A stretch of 64,000 nucleotides of DNA from Dehalococcoidia bacterium (lineage in GTDB: Bacteria > Chloroflexota > Dehalococcoidia > Lucifugimonadales > UBA3495): contig OZ220464.1 in NCBI GenBank assembly GCA_965115825.1, positions 2,709,945-2,773,944 on the forward strand, written 5' to 3'. The notes under the pieces were generated by a model, which saw only the letters and a list, made by a program, of their open reading frames with translations, searched no databases and was not told the origin of the DNA. Below are positions 27,480 through 37,294 of the stretch, piece after piece. Position 1 is the first letter of the stretch; each line of letters opens with the position of its first letter. The position numbers were made by a program, and so were the translations under genes.

Positions 27480-28694
27480 ATGAAACCGATAATCAAATAT
27501 GCGGCCGGCTTGGCTATAATGCTGGCTTTCGCAGCAGCCTTGGCCTGCGGAGATGATGAACCTCCGGCGCCTGCTGCCGGAACCGACCCCGCCGCTGCCG
27601 CTACCCCCACTGAGGCGATGCAGGGATCTACCGATGCGCCGGCCGCCACCGAGGCGATGCAGGAATCTACCGACGCGCCGGCCGCCACCGAGGCCACTTC
27701 AATGAACAACCAGGGCGAAAGCCGCCTGGATGCGATTCGGGCTCGCGATGAGGTAATCTGCGCCAGCCGCAACGACGTTCCCGGCTACGGCTACCTCGAT
27801 GGAGAGGGCAACAACGTCGGCTTTGACATTGACTTGTGCCGGGCTATTGCCGCCGCCGTTCTCGGCGACCCCAACAAAATCCAAATTCGCCTGATTACCG
27901 CGGCCGAGCGCGGCCCGACTATCCAGTCCGGGGAGGTTGACGTGCTGGTTCGCACCGTCACCTGGACGACCTCCCGCGATGCCCAGTGGGGCAACTACGC
28001 CCAAACCATGTTTTACGATGGCCAGGGCTTTATGATTAAAAAGGACCTGGGCATCACCAGCGCATACGATTTGCAAGGCGCCACCGTTTGCGTGACTCAA
28101 GGCACCACCACTGAGCTTAACCTGGCGGACTTCTCCAACCAGAACGCATTGAACATTGAAGCCCTGACTTTTGAAGACACTGCCGCAGTGATTGCCTCTT
28201 ACGAAGAAGGGCAGTGCGACGCCTTCACCAACGACCGTTCGCAGTTGGCGGCTTTGGGAACGTCGCTGAGCGACCGGGACGCCCACATCATTCTGCCGGA
28301 AACCATCTCTGAAGAACCGTTGGGCCCGGTGGTTCCCCACGGGGATGACCAGTGGTTCGACATCGTGAAGACCGTGATGTCCATTCTGATTTACGCCGAA
28401 GCCTACGGCATCAGCTCGACCAACCTGCCATCCGCCGCCACGGAGGACACCAAAGTCGACCGACTGCTGGGGTATGTAGAAAACTCCTTCGGTCAGGAAC
28501 CCTTGGGCCTCGACAACACCGTGGCACAGGACGTCATCCGGGCGGTCGGCAACTACGGCGAGATTTACGACCGCAACCTGGGGCCGAACGGCATCAACCT
28601 GCCTCGGGAAGGCGGACGCAACGCCCTGTGGGCCGATGCTCCCTGTGGAGACTGCCCAAAGGGTGGACAGATTTACGCGGCTCCGCTGCGCTAA
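27480..28694 (+). CDS. amino-acid ABC transporter substrate-binding lipoprotein (AapJ-like)
   Basis: Lipobox MLAFAAALACGDD. A duplicated A/T/E-rich linker (TEAMQGSTDAPAATEAMQESTDAPAATEA) follows. Type-3 SBP blocks are also present (GYGYLDGEGNNVGFDIDLCRAIAAAV; VDVLVRTVTWT). Confidence 0.88.
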   Translation: MKPIIKYAAGLAIMLAFAAALACGDDEPPAPAAGTDPAAAATPTEAMQGSTDAPAATEAMQESTDAPAATEATSMNNQGESRLDAIRARDEVICASRNDVPGYGYLDGEGNNVGFDIDLCRAIAAAVLGDPNKIQIRLITAAERGPTIQSGEVDVLVRTVTWTTSRDAQWGNYAQTMFYDGQGFMIKKDLGITSAYDLQGATVCVTQGTTTELNLADFSNQNALNIEALTFEDTAAVIASYEEGQCDAFTNDRSQLAALGTSLSDRDAHIILPETISEEPLGPVVPHGDDQWFDIVKTVMSILIYAEAYGISSTNLPSAATEDTKVDRLLGYVENSFGQEPLGLDNTVAQDVIRAVGNYGEIYDRNLGPNGINLPREGGRNALWADAPCGDCPKGGQIYAAPLR

Positions 28695-28942
28695 TCAACT
28701 ACCGTTCCCGCAGCGAGTGCAGTTTATGGGTGGTCGGCTTGGGCCGGCCACCCCAATTATTTGTCATAACCGTCATCCCCGCGGCCGCGGCCGTCATTCT
28801 CCCATAGGCGGGAACCGGATTTTACCCCGCGGTTTTCCGACGCGCGCGCCTCTCCGATTTGCGCTACAATGCACGCGAGTTTGTCATCGTTGCGACGCGA
28901 AGCGAGGGCGCGCGTTGGGACTACAGGCAAGCCGTGGCTGCA

Positions 28943-30139
28943 ATGCGTCAATATCTGAACCTGACCTACCAGGGTATCCCGGTCTGGCGACACGCCCAAG
29001 CGCTCCAGTGGACGGCGCAAATCGTGTCGGGGTTCCTGGTAGTGTTCCTGGTGGCCTGGTTTCTCCTCAACATCGCCAATGCCATTGAGGAGCGGGAGAT
29101 ACCCTACGGGTTCAGCTTCCTGTCCCGTTCTTACCAGGCGCCTATAGGCCAGCATTTCCTCCCTTATGAAACTACGGATACGTTCCTGTACGCATTCGCG
29201 GTAGCCGCCGTCAACACTATCGTGGTTTCCGTGGTGGGCGTTATTCTGGCCACGCTGCTGGGTATCTTCGTCGGCGTGGCGCGGTTGTCGAGCAACTGGC
29301 TGGTAGCCAGGCTGGCCCAGGCGTACATTGAGGTTTTCCGCAACGTGCCCCTGCTGATTCAGCTGTACTTCTGGTTCTATATGGTGCTGGCGCTGCCCCC
29401 GGTTCGGCAAGGCTATGCCATCGCCGACCGGGTGTATGTGAACAACGCCGGCATATCTGTTCCCTTTCCCTTCCCCGAAGGGTCGGCGGCGATCTGGTTG
29501 GCGCTGGCGGTAGGCGGCATCGTTGCCGGCGTCGGGGTTCACCGCCGGCAGATCCTGCGGGAAGTGGCTACCGGCGCTGCATCCTACCCGCTGATGTGGG
29601 GAATCACCACGGCAATAGCCATTGGCGCAGTGGCCTGGATAATCATCAGCGTAGCCGGTGGCGGCGCTCCTTTCGCAGTATCCCAGCCGGCGCCCCAGGG
29701 AACCTTCGGACGTATTACCGGCGGCTTCACCGTCTCGGGCGGCCTGCTCGCGCTGCTGATTGGTTTGGTGATGTACACTTCATCTTTCATCGCCGAAATC
29801 GTGCGGGCCGGCATTCAGTCCGTCGGCCGAGGACAGATAGAGGCGGCGCGGGCGTTGGGCCTGTCGCCAATGAGTACGCTGCGCCAGGTTACTTTTCCCC
29901 AAGCCTTGCGCGTTATCATTCCTCCGCTAATCAGCCAGTTCCTGAACCTCACCAAAAACAGCAGCCTGGCCGGGGCAATCGGCTACGCCGACCTGACCAA
30001 CGTTGCCAAAACCATGACGCAAACGGCGCCGGCCGTCTCCATTTTCATTCTCATCATGGCCGCATATCTGGCGATGAGCCTGACCTACTCGTTGATTGGC
30101 AACATATACAACCGTCGAATCCGTATTGTTGGAAGCTGA
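28943..30139 (+). CDS. amino-acid ABC transporter permease (AapQ-like)
   Basis: GFSFL...EAARALGLS...LRVIIPPLISQFLNLTKNSSL is the EAA loop. The start is uncertain: the track gives TTG at 28859, and I place it at the first in-frame ATG. Confidence 0.85.
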   Translation: MRQYLNLTYQGIPVWRHAQALQWTAQIVSGFLVVFLVAWFLLNIANAIEEREIPYGFSFLSRSYQAPIGQHFLPYETTDTFLYAFAVAAVNTIVVSVVGVILATLLGIFVGVARLSSNWLVARLAQAYIEVFRNVPLLIQLYFWFYMVLALPPVRQGYAIADRVYVNNAGISVPFPFPEGSAAIWLALAVGGIVAGVGVHRRQILREVATGAASYPLMWGITTAIAIGAVAWIIISVAGGGAPFAVSQPAPQGTFGRITGGFTVSGGLLALLIGLVMYTSSFIAEIVRAGIQSVGRGQIEAARALGLSPMSTLRQVTFPQALRVIIPPLISQFLNLTKNSSLAGAIGYADLTNVAKTMTQTAPAVSIFILIMAAYLAMSLTYSLIGNIYNRRIRIVGS

Positions 30140-30142
30140 CCC

Positions 30143-31411
30143 GTGTCGTCCGTAATTACAGAGCCGTCCGGCGCGCCAACGCTGCCGCCGCCCCGTTCGG
30201 AAACCGGCGTTGCCGGATGGGTTCGCGCCAACCTGTTCAGCAGCTGGTACAACGGCGCGCTCACCGTGATGGTTGGCGCGCTGGTTGCACCGGCCCTCTG
30301 GTTCGGGTTGAACTGGCTGCTGCTCGACGCCGACTTTACGGTCATCTCGACTCTGGGAGGGCTGCTGCTAATCGGCCAGTACAACACCGACCTATCCTGT
30401 CCGGGGCAGAACTGCTTCTGGCGGCCTCAGGTTGGGCTGCTGCTGACAACCCTGCTGCTAGGGATGGCGTGGGTCGTTCTGGGTGGTGGCTTGGCCAAAC
30501 GGATTGCCATCATAGTTGCCGCAGTGGTGGCGTTGTTCGCCTTCCTTCCCTACAGTCTGGAACGTATGGGGTGGGATGTGCGTCTGCTGCTGCTGGCAAA
30601 CGTGCCGTCATTGCTGATTGGTTATGCCTTGGCGCGATTCACGCCGCTGGGAACCGGGCGCTGGATTGCCGGGCTGAGCGTAGGCGGATTCGTACTTTTC
30701 CTGATCATCCTGCGCGGTATTCCCGGCGTGCCCGGTTTGCAGCCGGTGTCGGTGCTGCACTGGGGCGGATTGACGCTCAATCTGCTGCTGGCGGCGGCCG
30801 GCATAGTAGTGAGCTTTCCCATAGGCATTGCGCTGGCGCTGGGAAGGCGCAGCCGGTTGCCGGTGGTAAAGTTGCTGTGCGTGGCGTTCATCGAGGTGTT
30901 CCGCGGCGTTCCGCTGATAACCCTGCTGTTTATGTCGCAGGTTCTGGTGCCGTTGGCTTTTCCGGAGAACTTTCCCCTTAACTCCCTGTTGCGCGCGGCA
31001 ATTGTCATAACGCTTTTCAGCGCGGCCTATATGGCGGAGAACATCCGAGGCGGCTTGCAGGCGCTGCATCCCGGCCAGGCGGAAGCGGCGCGGGCGTTGG
31101 GCCTGCCCGGCTGGCAGACCACCATGCTAATCTCGCTGCCCCAGGCCATCCGCAACGTGATACCGGCCATCGTGGGCCAGTTCATCGCGCTGTTCAAAGA
31201 TACCAGCCTGGTGTACATTATCGGTATGCTGGACATAGTAGAAATCAGCCGCAAGTTCGCCACGACTTACGTTGAGAACGGGATGCTCCCCTATCTGGAT
31301 GATGTGCGCGAACTGTTCCTGTTCCTGGCGTTGGTCTTCTGGATTTTCACCTACGGAATGTCCTACGTCAGCGGGCGCATTGAGCGTCATCTGGGCGTCG
31401 GGGAGCGGTAG
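30143..31411 (+). CDS. amino-acid ABC transporter permease (AapM-like)
   Basis: GTG start 3 nt after the previous stop. FRGVPLITLLFM...QAEAARALGL...IPAIVGQFIALFKDTSLV. Confidence 0.88.
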   Translation: MSSVITEPSGAPTLPPPRSETGVAGWVRANLFSSWYNGALTVMVGALVAPALWFGLNWLLLDADFTVISTLGGLLLIGQYNTDLSCPGQNCFWRPQVGLLLTTLLLGMAWVVLGGGLAKRIAIIVAAVVALFAFLPYSLERMGWDVRLLLLANVPSLLIGYALARFTPLGTGRWIAGLSVGGFVLFLIILRGIPGVPGLQPVSVLHWGGLTLNLLLAAAGIVVSFPIGIALALGRRSRLPVVKLLCVAFIEVFRGVPLITLLFMSQVLVPLAFPENFPLNSLLRAAIVITLFSAAYMAENIRGGLQALHPGQAEAARALGLPGWQTTMLISLPQAIRNVIPAIVGQFIALFKDTSLVYIIGMLDIVEISRKFATTYVENGMLPYLDDVRELFLFLALVFWIFTYGMSYVSGRIERHLGVGER

Positions 31412-31458
31412 GCCCGGCTCTCTGCTAGAATAGGACTAACCGTCAAGTTCCAGGGACG

Positions 31459-31899
31459 ATGAACAAGCGCTTTTTCACGCGGGCCCTGCGCCTGTCCTTT
31501 TACGTCTGTTTAGATGCAGCTACTGGTACGATAATATACGCTGTCAGCTTTGGAGAGGCTGGCTTGGCGCCGGGGCAATTGGCGATTCGCATATTGACTG
31601 CCATGGCCCTAGCCAGCGCTATTGTAGGAGGCCCGGACATCATGCTCTACTGGCAAGAATCAGGACGACGCATCGCCGCTGAGGAGGGACGGGACGCTGC
31701 CCAAGAGGAGCGGGACGCTGCCCAAGGGGAACGGGACGCTGCCCAAGGGGAACGGGACGCTGCCCAGCAAAAACTAGCAGCGCGCGACCAGGAAATAGCG
31801 GAACTGCGCGCTCTCCTCTCCGACTTGCGGGAGCAGGTGGCCGCCGGGGAGCGACGGCCACGCCGCCGTGCCCGCCGGCATCTGCGCGACAGCGGCTAA
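31459..31899 (+). CDS. small membrane-anchored protein with 7-aa tandem repeats (RDAAQ[EG]E x4) inserted in the ABC operon
   Basis: The N-terminal half is hydrophobic, followed by GGPDIMLYWQESG. A 21-bp x4 repeat lies at 31690-31773, and the tail is arginine-rich. It is related in architecture to 61687-62247. Confidence 0.55.
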   Translation: MNKRFFTRALRLSFYVCLDAATGTIIYAVSFGEAGLAPGQLAIRILTAMALASAIVGGPDIMLYWQESGRRIAAEEGRDAAQEERDAAQGERDAAQGERDAAQQKLAARDQEIAELRALLSDLREQVAAGERRPRRRARRHLRDSG

Positions 31900-31934
31900 C
31901 GGCACTGCCGTCCAAACGCAATGGAGCGTCCATC

Positions 31935-32693
31935 ATGAGCGCTAACGGGCACATAGTTACCGATGAAGAGATTATCGTTTGCCGGGACGTGCATAAGTGG
32001 TTCGGCAATTTTCACGCTCTGCGCGGTATCACCACCACCGTGAAAAAGGGGGAGGTAGTTGTCATCATCGGTCCCTCCGGTTCCGGCAAGTCCACCTTCA
32101 TCCGCTGTATCAATCGCCTGGAGCAGCACCAGCGCGGGGACATCACAGTGGATGGCATAGAGCTGACTAACGACGTGCGCAACATCGACGCCATACGTCG
32201 GGATGTAGGGATGGTGTTCCAGTCGTTTAATTTGTTCCCGCACCTGACGGTGATGAAGAACATCACCCTGGCGCCTACGAAAGTGCGGCGCCTGCCGACA
32301 AAAGAGGCCGAAAACGTCGCTATGGAGCTGCTGGAACGAGTGGGGATTCCGGAGCAGGCGGACAAGTATCCGGCCCAGCTTTCCGGTGGTCAACAGCAGC
32401 GGGTAGCCATTGCCCGGGCCTTGGCAATGCAGCCGAACATAATGTTATTTGACGAACCGACCTCGGCGCTGGATCCGGAGATGATTAAAGAGGTTTTGGA
32501 GGTGATGCGGGAACTGGCGGCGTCTCAGATGACCATATTGGCGGTAACCCACGAGTTGGGCTTTGCGCGTGAAGTGGCGGACCGGATTGTAATGTTCGAT
32601 GAAGGGATCATCGTGGAAGACCAGCCGCCGGACGAGTTTTTCAATAATCCCCGTCACGAACGGGTCAAGCACTTTCTCTCTCAAATTCTGTAG
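31935..32693 (+). CDS. amino-acid ABC transporter ATP-binding protein (AapP/GlnQ-like)
   Basis: Walker A GPSGSGKST, signature LSGGQQQRVAIARAL, Walker B IMLFDEPTSALD. Confidence 0.93.
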   Translation: MSANGHIVTDEEIIVCRDVHKWFGNFHALRGITTTVKKGEVVVIIGPSGSGKSTFIRCINRLEQHQRGDITVDGIELTNDVRNIDAIRRDVGMVFQSFNLFPHLTVMKNITLAPTKVRRLPTKEAENVAMELLERVGIPEQADKYPAQLSGGQQQRVAIARALAMQPNIMLFDEPTSALDPEMIKEVLEVMRELAASQMTILAVTHELGFAREVADRIVMFDEGIIVEDQPPDEFFNNPRHERVKHFLSQIL

Positions 32694-32699
32694 CCTGCC

Positions 32700-32894
32700 A
32701 TGACATTGCTGACCAAGTTTCGCCGCTGGGTTTGGGCCGGCGGCGCGCCGGAAACCCAATGGGCCCGCGCGCGCCGGCTTCCCTTCTGGGAGCATCCCTG
32801 GTTCAACCGGCTGTATCGCATCGCTATGCTCGCCGGCTGGGCGGTGATAATCCTGTTCTTCTTGCTGTGGAACCTCTGGTGGGCAACGGGATGA
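32700..32894 (+). CDS. possible small membrane protein (64 aa)
   Basis: Hydrophobic/aromatic C-terminal half (LYRIAMLAGWAVIILFFLLWNLWW), 6 nt after the ATPase stop. No family recognised. Confidence 0.3.
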   Translation: MTLLTKFRRWVWAGGAPETQWARARRLPFWEHPWFNRLYRIAMLAGWAVIILFFLLWNLWWATG

Positions 32895-33050
32895 ACCGCC
32901 TTACGCCGGATAGCGGGAGCGCTGCCCAGTTGTTACAGCGCCTTGCTCCTTTCAAAACCCCGGCCATCTCCACGCTCTCACTCCCTCACGCGCCATTCCC
33001 GCAGCCGTCACTTCCGACCTCAAAGTCTCATAGCCACGAGGAGGGCCGTT

Positions 33051-33959
33051 ATGCCTGACTGTAATATGCAAATCGGCGTCGTCTTTCCCCAAACCGAGAT
33101 CGGCGCGGATCCTATCGCCGTGCGCGATTACGTACAGGCGGCGGAGGAGATGGGCTTTGCCCACATCATTGCCTATGACCATGTGCTGGGAGCCGATACC
33201 GCCTATCATCAACCGTGGATGGGCAGTTACACTAAAGAGAGTATGTTCCACGAGATTTTCGTGGTTTTCGGCTACATGGCCGCGCTGACTACCAAGGTGG
33301 AGCTGGTATCGGCCATAGTTATCCTGGGGCAGCGGCAGACGGCTCTGGTCGCCAAACAGGCGGCTGAGGTGGACGTACTCAGCGGCGGTCGGCTGCGCCT
33401 AGGCGTAGGCGTTGGCTGGAACCCGGTGGAGTACGAGGCCCTGGGAGAAGATTTCACTACGCGGGGTCGCCGGGCCGAAGAGCAGATGGAGTTGCTGCGG
33501 CGCCTCTGGACTGAGGACGTAGTGGACTTTCACGGTCGCTGCCACGATGTTACTCATGCCGGCATTAATCCCCTGCCGGTGCAACGACCCATACCTTTGT
33601 GGATGGGCGCCGGCAGTCGGGCCAGGGGCCCTATTCCCACCGACCGGGTGTTGAGCCGCGTGGGGCGTTGCGCCGACGGCTGGTTCCCGCAGTTCCGGTC
33701 GGATGACCCGCAGGCGGCGGCGGCCATCGCCAAAGTTCGCGAGGCCGCCGCCACCGCCGGCCGAAACCCCGACGCCATCGGCATGGAGCCGCGGGTCAAC
33801 TACGCCGACGGCAACCCTGAGTTCTGGCAGGCCCAGGCCGAGACCTGGCGGGGCTTGGGCGCAACGCACTTTTCCATCAACACCATGTCCGCCGGACTGT
33901 CCACTCCGGACGCGCACATCAACGCCATTCGCCAATTTCGGGAAGTCATCAGCGGCTGA
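33051..33959 (+). CDS. LLM-class (probably F420-dependent) oxidoreductase
   Basis: [42 protein letters not shown]...[21 protein letters not shown] precedes the ATG at 33051. Confidence 0.85.
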   Translation: MPDCNMQIGVVFPQTEIGADPIAVRDYVQAAEEMGFAHIIAYDHVLGADTAYHQPWMGSYTKESMFHEIFVVFGYMAALTTKVELVSAIVILGQRQTALVAKQAAEVDVLSGGRLRLGVGVGWNPVEYEALGEDFTTRGRRAEEQMELLRRLWTEDVVDFHGRCHDVTHAGINPLPVQRPIPLWMGAGSRARGPIPTDRVLSRVGRCADGWFPQFRSDDPQAAAAIAKVREAAATAGRNPDAIGMEPRVNYADGNPEFWQAQAETWRGLGATHFSINTMSAGLSTPDAHINAIRQFREVISG

Positions 33960-33973
33960 AAGGAGACAATATC

Positions 33974-34738
33974 ATGGGAAGGCTTGACGGCAAGGTAGCG
34001 CTAATTAGCGGGGGAGCGCGCGGGCAAGGCGCGGTGGAGGCGCGAATGTTCGCCGCCGAAGGCGCCTGCGTCGTGTTCGGCGACATCCTCGATGACGAAG
34101 GCCGCCGAGTGGAGGCGGAAATCCGCGAGCTGGGAGGTCGAGCGACCTACGCGCATTTGGATGTAACCAGCGAGTCGGACTGGGCGGCCGCCGTCAGCGT
34201 CGCCGTGTCGGAATACGGGAAGCTCAACGTGCTGGTCAACAACGCAGGCATAGTGATGGGCCGCAGCATTGAGGAGATGACGGTTGAGGAATGGGACCGG
34301 CTTTTTGACGTCAACGCCAAGGGGGTGTTCCTGGGCACGAAGGCGGCCTTGCCGGCTCTGCGAGAAGCCGGCGGGGGTAGCATTGTCAATATATCGTCAA
34401 CCGCCGGGCTAGTGGGCAACGACTATAACCTGGCCGGATACAGCAGCACTAAGGGAGCAGTGCGCCTGTTCACCAAATCCACCGCCATCCAGCACGCCGG
34501 CGAGGGCATCCGTTGCAATTCGGTTCACCCCGGCCCCATTGACACGCCGATGCTTCAGGAGTCGCGGCGCGGGCGCAACAGTGGTCTCAGCGATGAAGAA
34601 CAACGCCAGAGGGTGCCGCTGGGCCGCATCGGACATCCGGAAGACGTCGCTTACGCTGTCGTCTATCTGGCGTCGGACGAAGCGTCATTCGTCACCGGCA
34701 GCGAGGTGGTGGTGGACGGAGGCCGGACTGCCATGTGA
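33974..34738 (+). CDS. SDR-family oxidoreductase
   Basis: [14 protein letters not shown] (TGxxxGxG), NNAG, and the catalytic Y..K region (YSSTKGAV). Confidence 0.9.
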   Translation: MGRLDGKVALISGGARGQGAVEARMFAAEGACVVFGDILDDEGRRVEAEIRELGGRATYAHLDVTSESDWAAAVSVAVSEYGKLNVLVNNAGIVMGRSIEEMTVEEWDRLFDVNAKGVFLGTKAALPALREAGGGSIVNISSTAGLVGNDYNLAGYSSTKGAVRLFTKSTAIQHAGEGIRCNSVHPGPIDTPMLQESRRGRNSGLSDEEQRQRVPLGRIGHPEDVAYAVVYLASDEASFVTGSEVVVDGGRTAM

Positions 34739-34745
34739 TAGGAAA

Positions 34746-34767
34746 AGGGCGTCCACAAGGACGCCCT
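34746..34767. terminator. perfect hairpin AGGGCGTCC-ACAA-GGACGCCCT between the SDR gene and tRNA-Pro
   Basis: Read directly, 8 nt after the SDR stop and 17 nt from the tRNA 3' end. It could serve either convergent transcript. Confidence 0.65.
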
Positions 34768-34783
34768 AGGCTTGGTCTGATAA

Positions 34784-34860
34784 TGGTCGGGGCGGCCAGA
34801 TTCGAACTGGCGACCCCCTGCACCCCATGCAGGTGCGCTACCTGGCTGCGCCACGCCCCG
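34784..34860 (-). tRNA. tRNA-Pro (anticodon GGG), CCA encoded
   Basis: Manual cloverleaf of CGGGGCGTGGCGCAGCCAGGTAGCGCACCTGCATGGGGTGCAGGGGGTCGCCAGTTCGAATCTGGCCGCCCCGACCA: 7-bp acceptor stem, anticodon stem CCTGC/GCAGG, loop AT-GGG-GT, T-loop TTCGAAT. Confidence 0.92.
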
Positions 34861-34952
34861 CCCCGACGTCTGTATCATAGCACGCCGGCCAACAATGTGC
34901 AACCCGCGAGATCTGCAATAGAAAATTGTCGGCTGTATCTGGCATAATTACG

Positions 34953-35618
34953 ATGATGCGACAGAACTGCTACAACGTCCTCGGCGTCCCGCGCACTGCA
35001 ACCACCGGCGAAATCCGAGCCGCGTATCGCCGGCTGGCCCGAATGTATCACCCTGACTTGAATTCCGGGCCGGAAGCCGAGGCGCGGATGAAGGAAATCA
35101 ACGAAGCGTACGACGTATTGTCAGACCCTCGGCTCCGGTTCCGGCACGATACCGACGTTGCCGCCAACATCCGGCAGCAGCGACAAAACCGACGGCGAAG
35201 AAACCGTGGGGGCAGCGAACCGAGTCGGGAGAACTCACCCCGCCGGGGTGAGGATATTGAAGTAACCTTGCTCATCAGCAAGAGAGACGCCATTCGGGGG
35301 GCGCGCAAGTCTTTCCCGGTCTCGCGTATGGAGACGTGCCCCCGCTGCCGAGGGGCCGGCATCGAGCCCGAAGAAACCGCCCAGACCGGCCCATGCTGGC
35401 GCTGTGGAGGCGAGCAGCGACTGCGTCGGGATATGAGTGTGAAAACCGCCATTCCCGCCGGCGTCGCGGCCGGCGGCCGGCTTCGGCTGCGCGGACGGGG
35501 AAACGACGGGCTGGACGGCGGGCCTAATGGGAATATCTACCTCACGGTACGCATCATGCCGAGGCAGGGGCTTAGACAAACGATTTCGTTTGTATTGCGG
35601 CTTATTTTCCCCGGCTGA
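34953..35618 (+). CDS. J-domain protein with a single DnaJ-type zinc-finger region
   Basis: CYNVLGVPRTATTGEIRAAYRRLARMYHPDLN...EINEAYDVLSDP contains the HPD motif. CPRCRGAGIE...CWRCGGEQ is CxxCxGxG-like. It is shorter than canonical DnaJ. Confidence 0.8.
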   Translation: MMRQNCYNVLGVPRTATTGEIRAAYRRLARMYHPDLNSGPEAEARMKEINEAYDVLSDPRLRFRHDTDVAANIRQQRQNRRRRNRGGSEPSRENSPRRGEDIEVTLLISKRDAIRGARKSFPVSRMETCPRCRGAGIEPEETAQTGPCWRCGGEQRLRRDMSVKTAIPAGVAAGGRLRLRGRGNDGLDGGPNGNIYLTVRIMPRQGLRQTISFVLRLIFPG

Positions 35619-35627
35619 ACTGCGGTT

Positions 35628-37284
35628 ATGGGAAACTACCGAGCGCTTGCCGAGTACCTGCGTCGCTGGCTGGCCGCCGGCCCGGCGGCGGGATTGGCTA
35701 TAGGGCTTACCGACCGCAGGCAGACGCTCTACACCGCAGGGATAGGGTACGCTGACCTGGCCTCGCGCAGCCCGGTAACGTCGGATACGACTTTTCAAAT
35801 TGGCAGCATCGGCAAGTCGATGACTGCCTTGGCTGTGCTGCAGCTGGTAGAAAGAGGTCGCCTCGACCTGAACGCTCCGCTGAGCACGCATCTGCCCTGG
35901 TTCGCCATGCCCTCGCGGTACGGGCCGATTGCGCTGCGGCATGCGCTCAGCCATACGGCGGGCCTGCCGTCGGGAACCGACTTCACTCCCGCCGCGCGCT
36001 ATGAAGGCTTCGCCTTGCGTGAAACGGAGGCTGCCTGGGAACCGGGATCTCGGTTCCACTACTCCAACACCGGCTACAAGCTGCTGGGCTGGCTGCTGGA
36101 AGATGTTACGGGACAGAGTTACGGGAGCATCATTCGGGAGCGGGCGCTGGAACCGCTGGGCATGACCGCCACCGACCCGGTAATGACCCATCAAACCCGC
36201 CATCGCATGGCTACCGGATACGTTCCCCTCCACGACGACCGCCCCCTATCGCCGGAACGATACGATGATTCCCGCCACCTGGATGGAATACGGGGCAGGC
36301 GACGGCAGCCCGGCCTCTACCGCCGGCGACATGGCGCGCTATGTCCGGTTGTGGCTGAACGACGGACGGGGCGACGCCGGCCCTTTGCTGTCTCCGCCAA
36401 TGTACCGGCTGATGACTACGCCGGCCATTAATATGTCCCGGGGCGAGGACTATGAGCACGATTATGGGTATGGATTCGGCGTCGTATCGCATGACGCCGA
36501 CGGGCGCCATTTCATCGGACACGGCGGCAGCACAGTAGGCTTTCGCGCCATTATGATGGCCGACCAAACGGATGGCCTGGGCGTAGTCATCCTCTGCAAC
36601 GGCGGCGAGGTGGACACTTACGAGCCGGCCCGCTACGCGCTGCAATTTGCCGCGGCGGCGCGCAGAAGCCAGCCGCCGCCGGAGCCGCCTGAGATTCCCG
36701 ACGCTACCCGCATCGCGGATGCCGCCCGCTACGCTGGCGACTATGTTGACGAAGCAACGGGCGGCGTCCTGTCGGTGCGCGCTTTAGGCGACGGGCTGCG
36801 GCTGGCTTGGGCCGGCAGAGACATCGGGCTGGAGCGCATCGCAGGCAACGTTTTCTGTGTGCCCGACGATGCTTTTGACCCGTTTCCGCTCCGCTTTCGC
36901 ATGGCCGAGGGAGATGGCGACTACAGGCCGGCGGTTGAAATCCATCACGGGCCGGCGGTGTACTCGCGTCGCGGCAGGGCTGCGCCGGAGACTGAAAAGC
37001 CATATCCGCCGGAATGGGCGGCTTTCCCCGGCTATTATCGCAGCCATGCGCCTTACGTAGCGAACTTCCGGGTCATCCTGCGGCGGGGCCGTCTGTATCT
37101 GGCTTGGCCGGACGGGGGTGAGCTGCCGCTGACGCGGCATCCGTCCGACTCCGGGCCGTCGGCGCGTTTCCTGGTTGGGCCGGCGGGTGAGCCGTCGGCG
37201 GAGTGGGTGCGGTTCCATCCGGTGGCGGCGGGCCGGGCGCTGCGGGCGCTTTGGGCCGGCGGGGGCAGTTTTTACCGGGTGTGA
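35628..37284 (+). pseudogene. serine hydrolase / beta-lactamase-family gene split by a frameshift
   Basis: ORF 35628-36431 carries the SxxK motif (FQIGSIGKSMTALAVLQLVERG), then loses family resemblance after ...PLHDDRP. ORF 36265-37284, in another frame, continues with the expected ...IPATWMEYGAGDGSPASTAGDMARYV. The frames can be joined at the C5 run at 36242-36246. Confidence 0.7.
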
Positions 37285-37294
37285 GGGATCCCCG

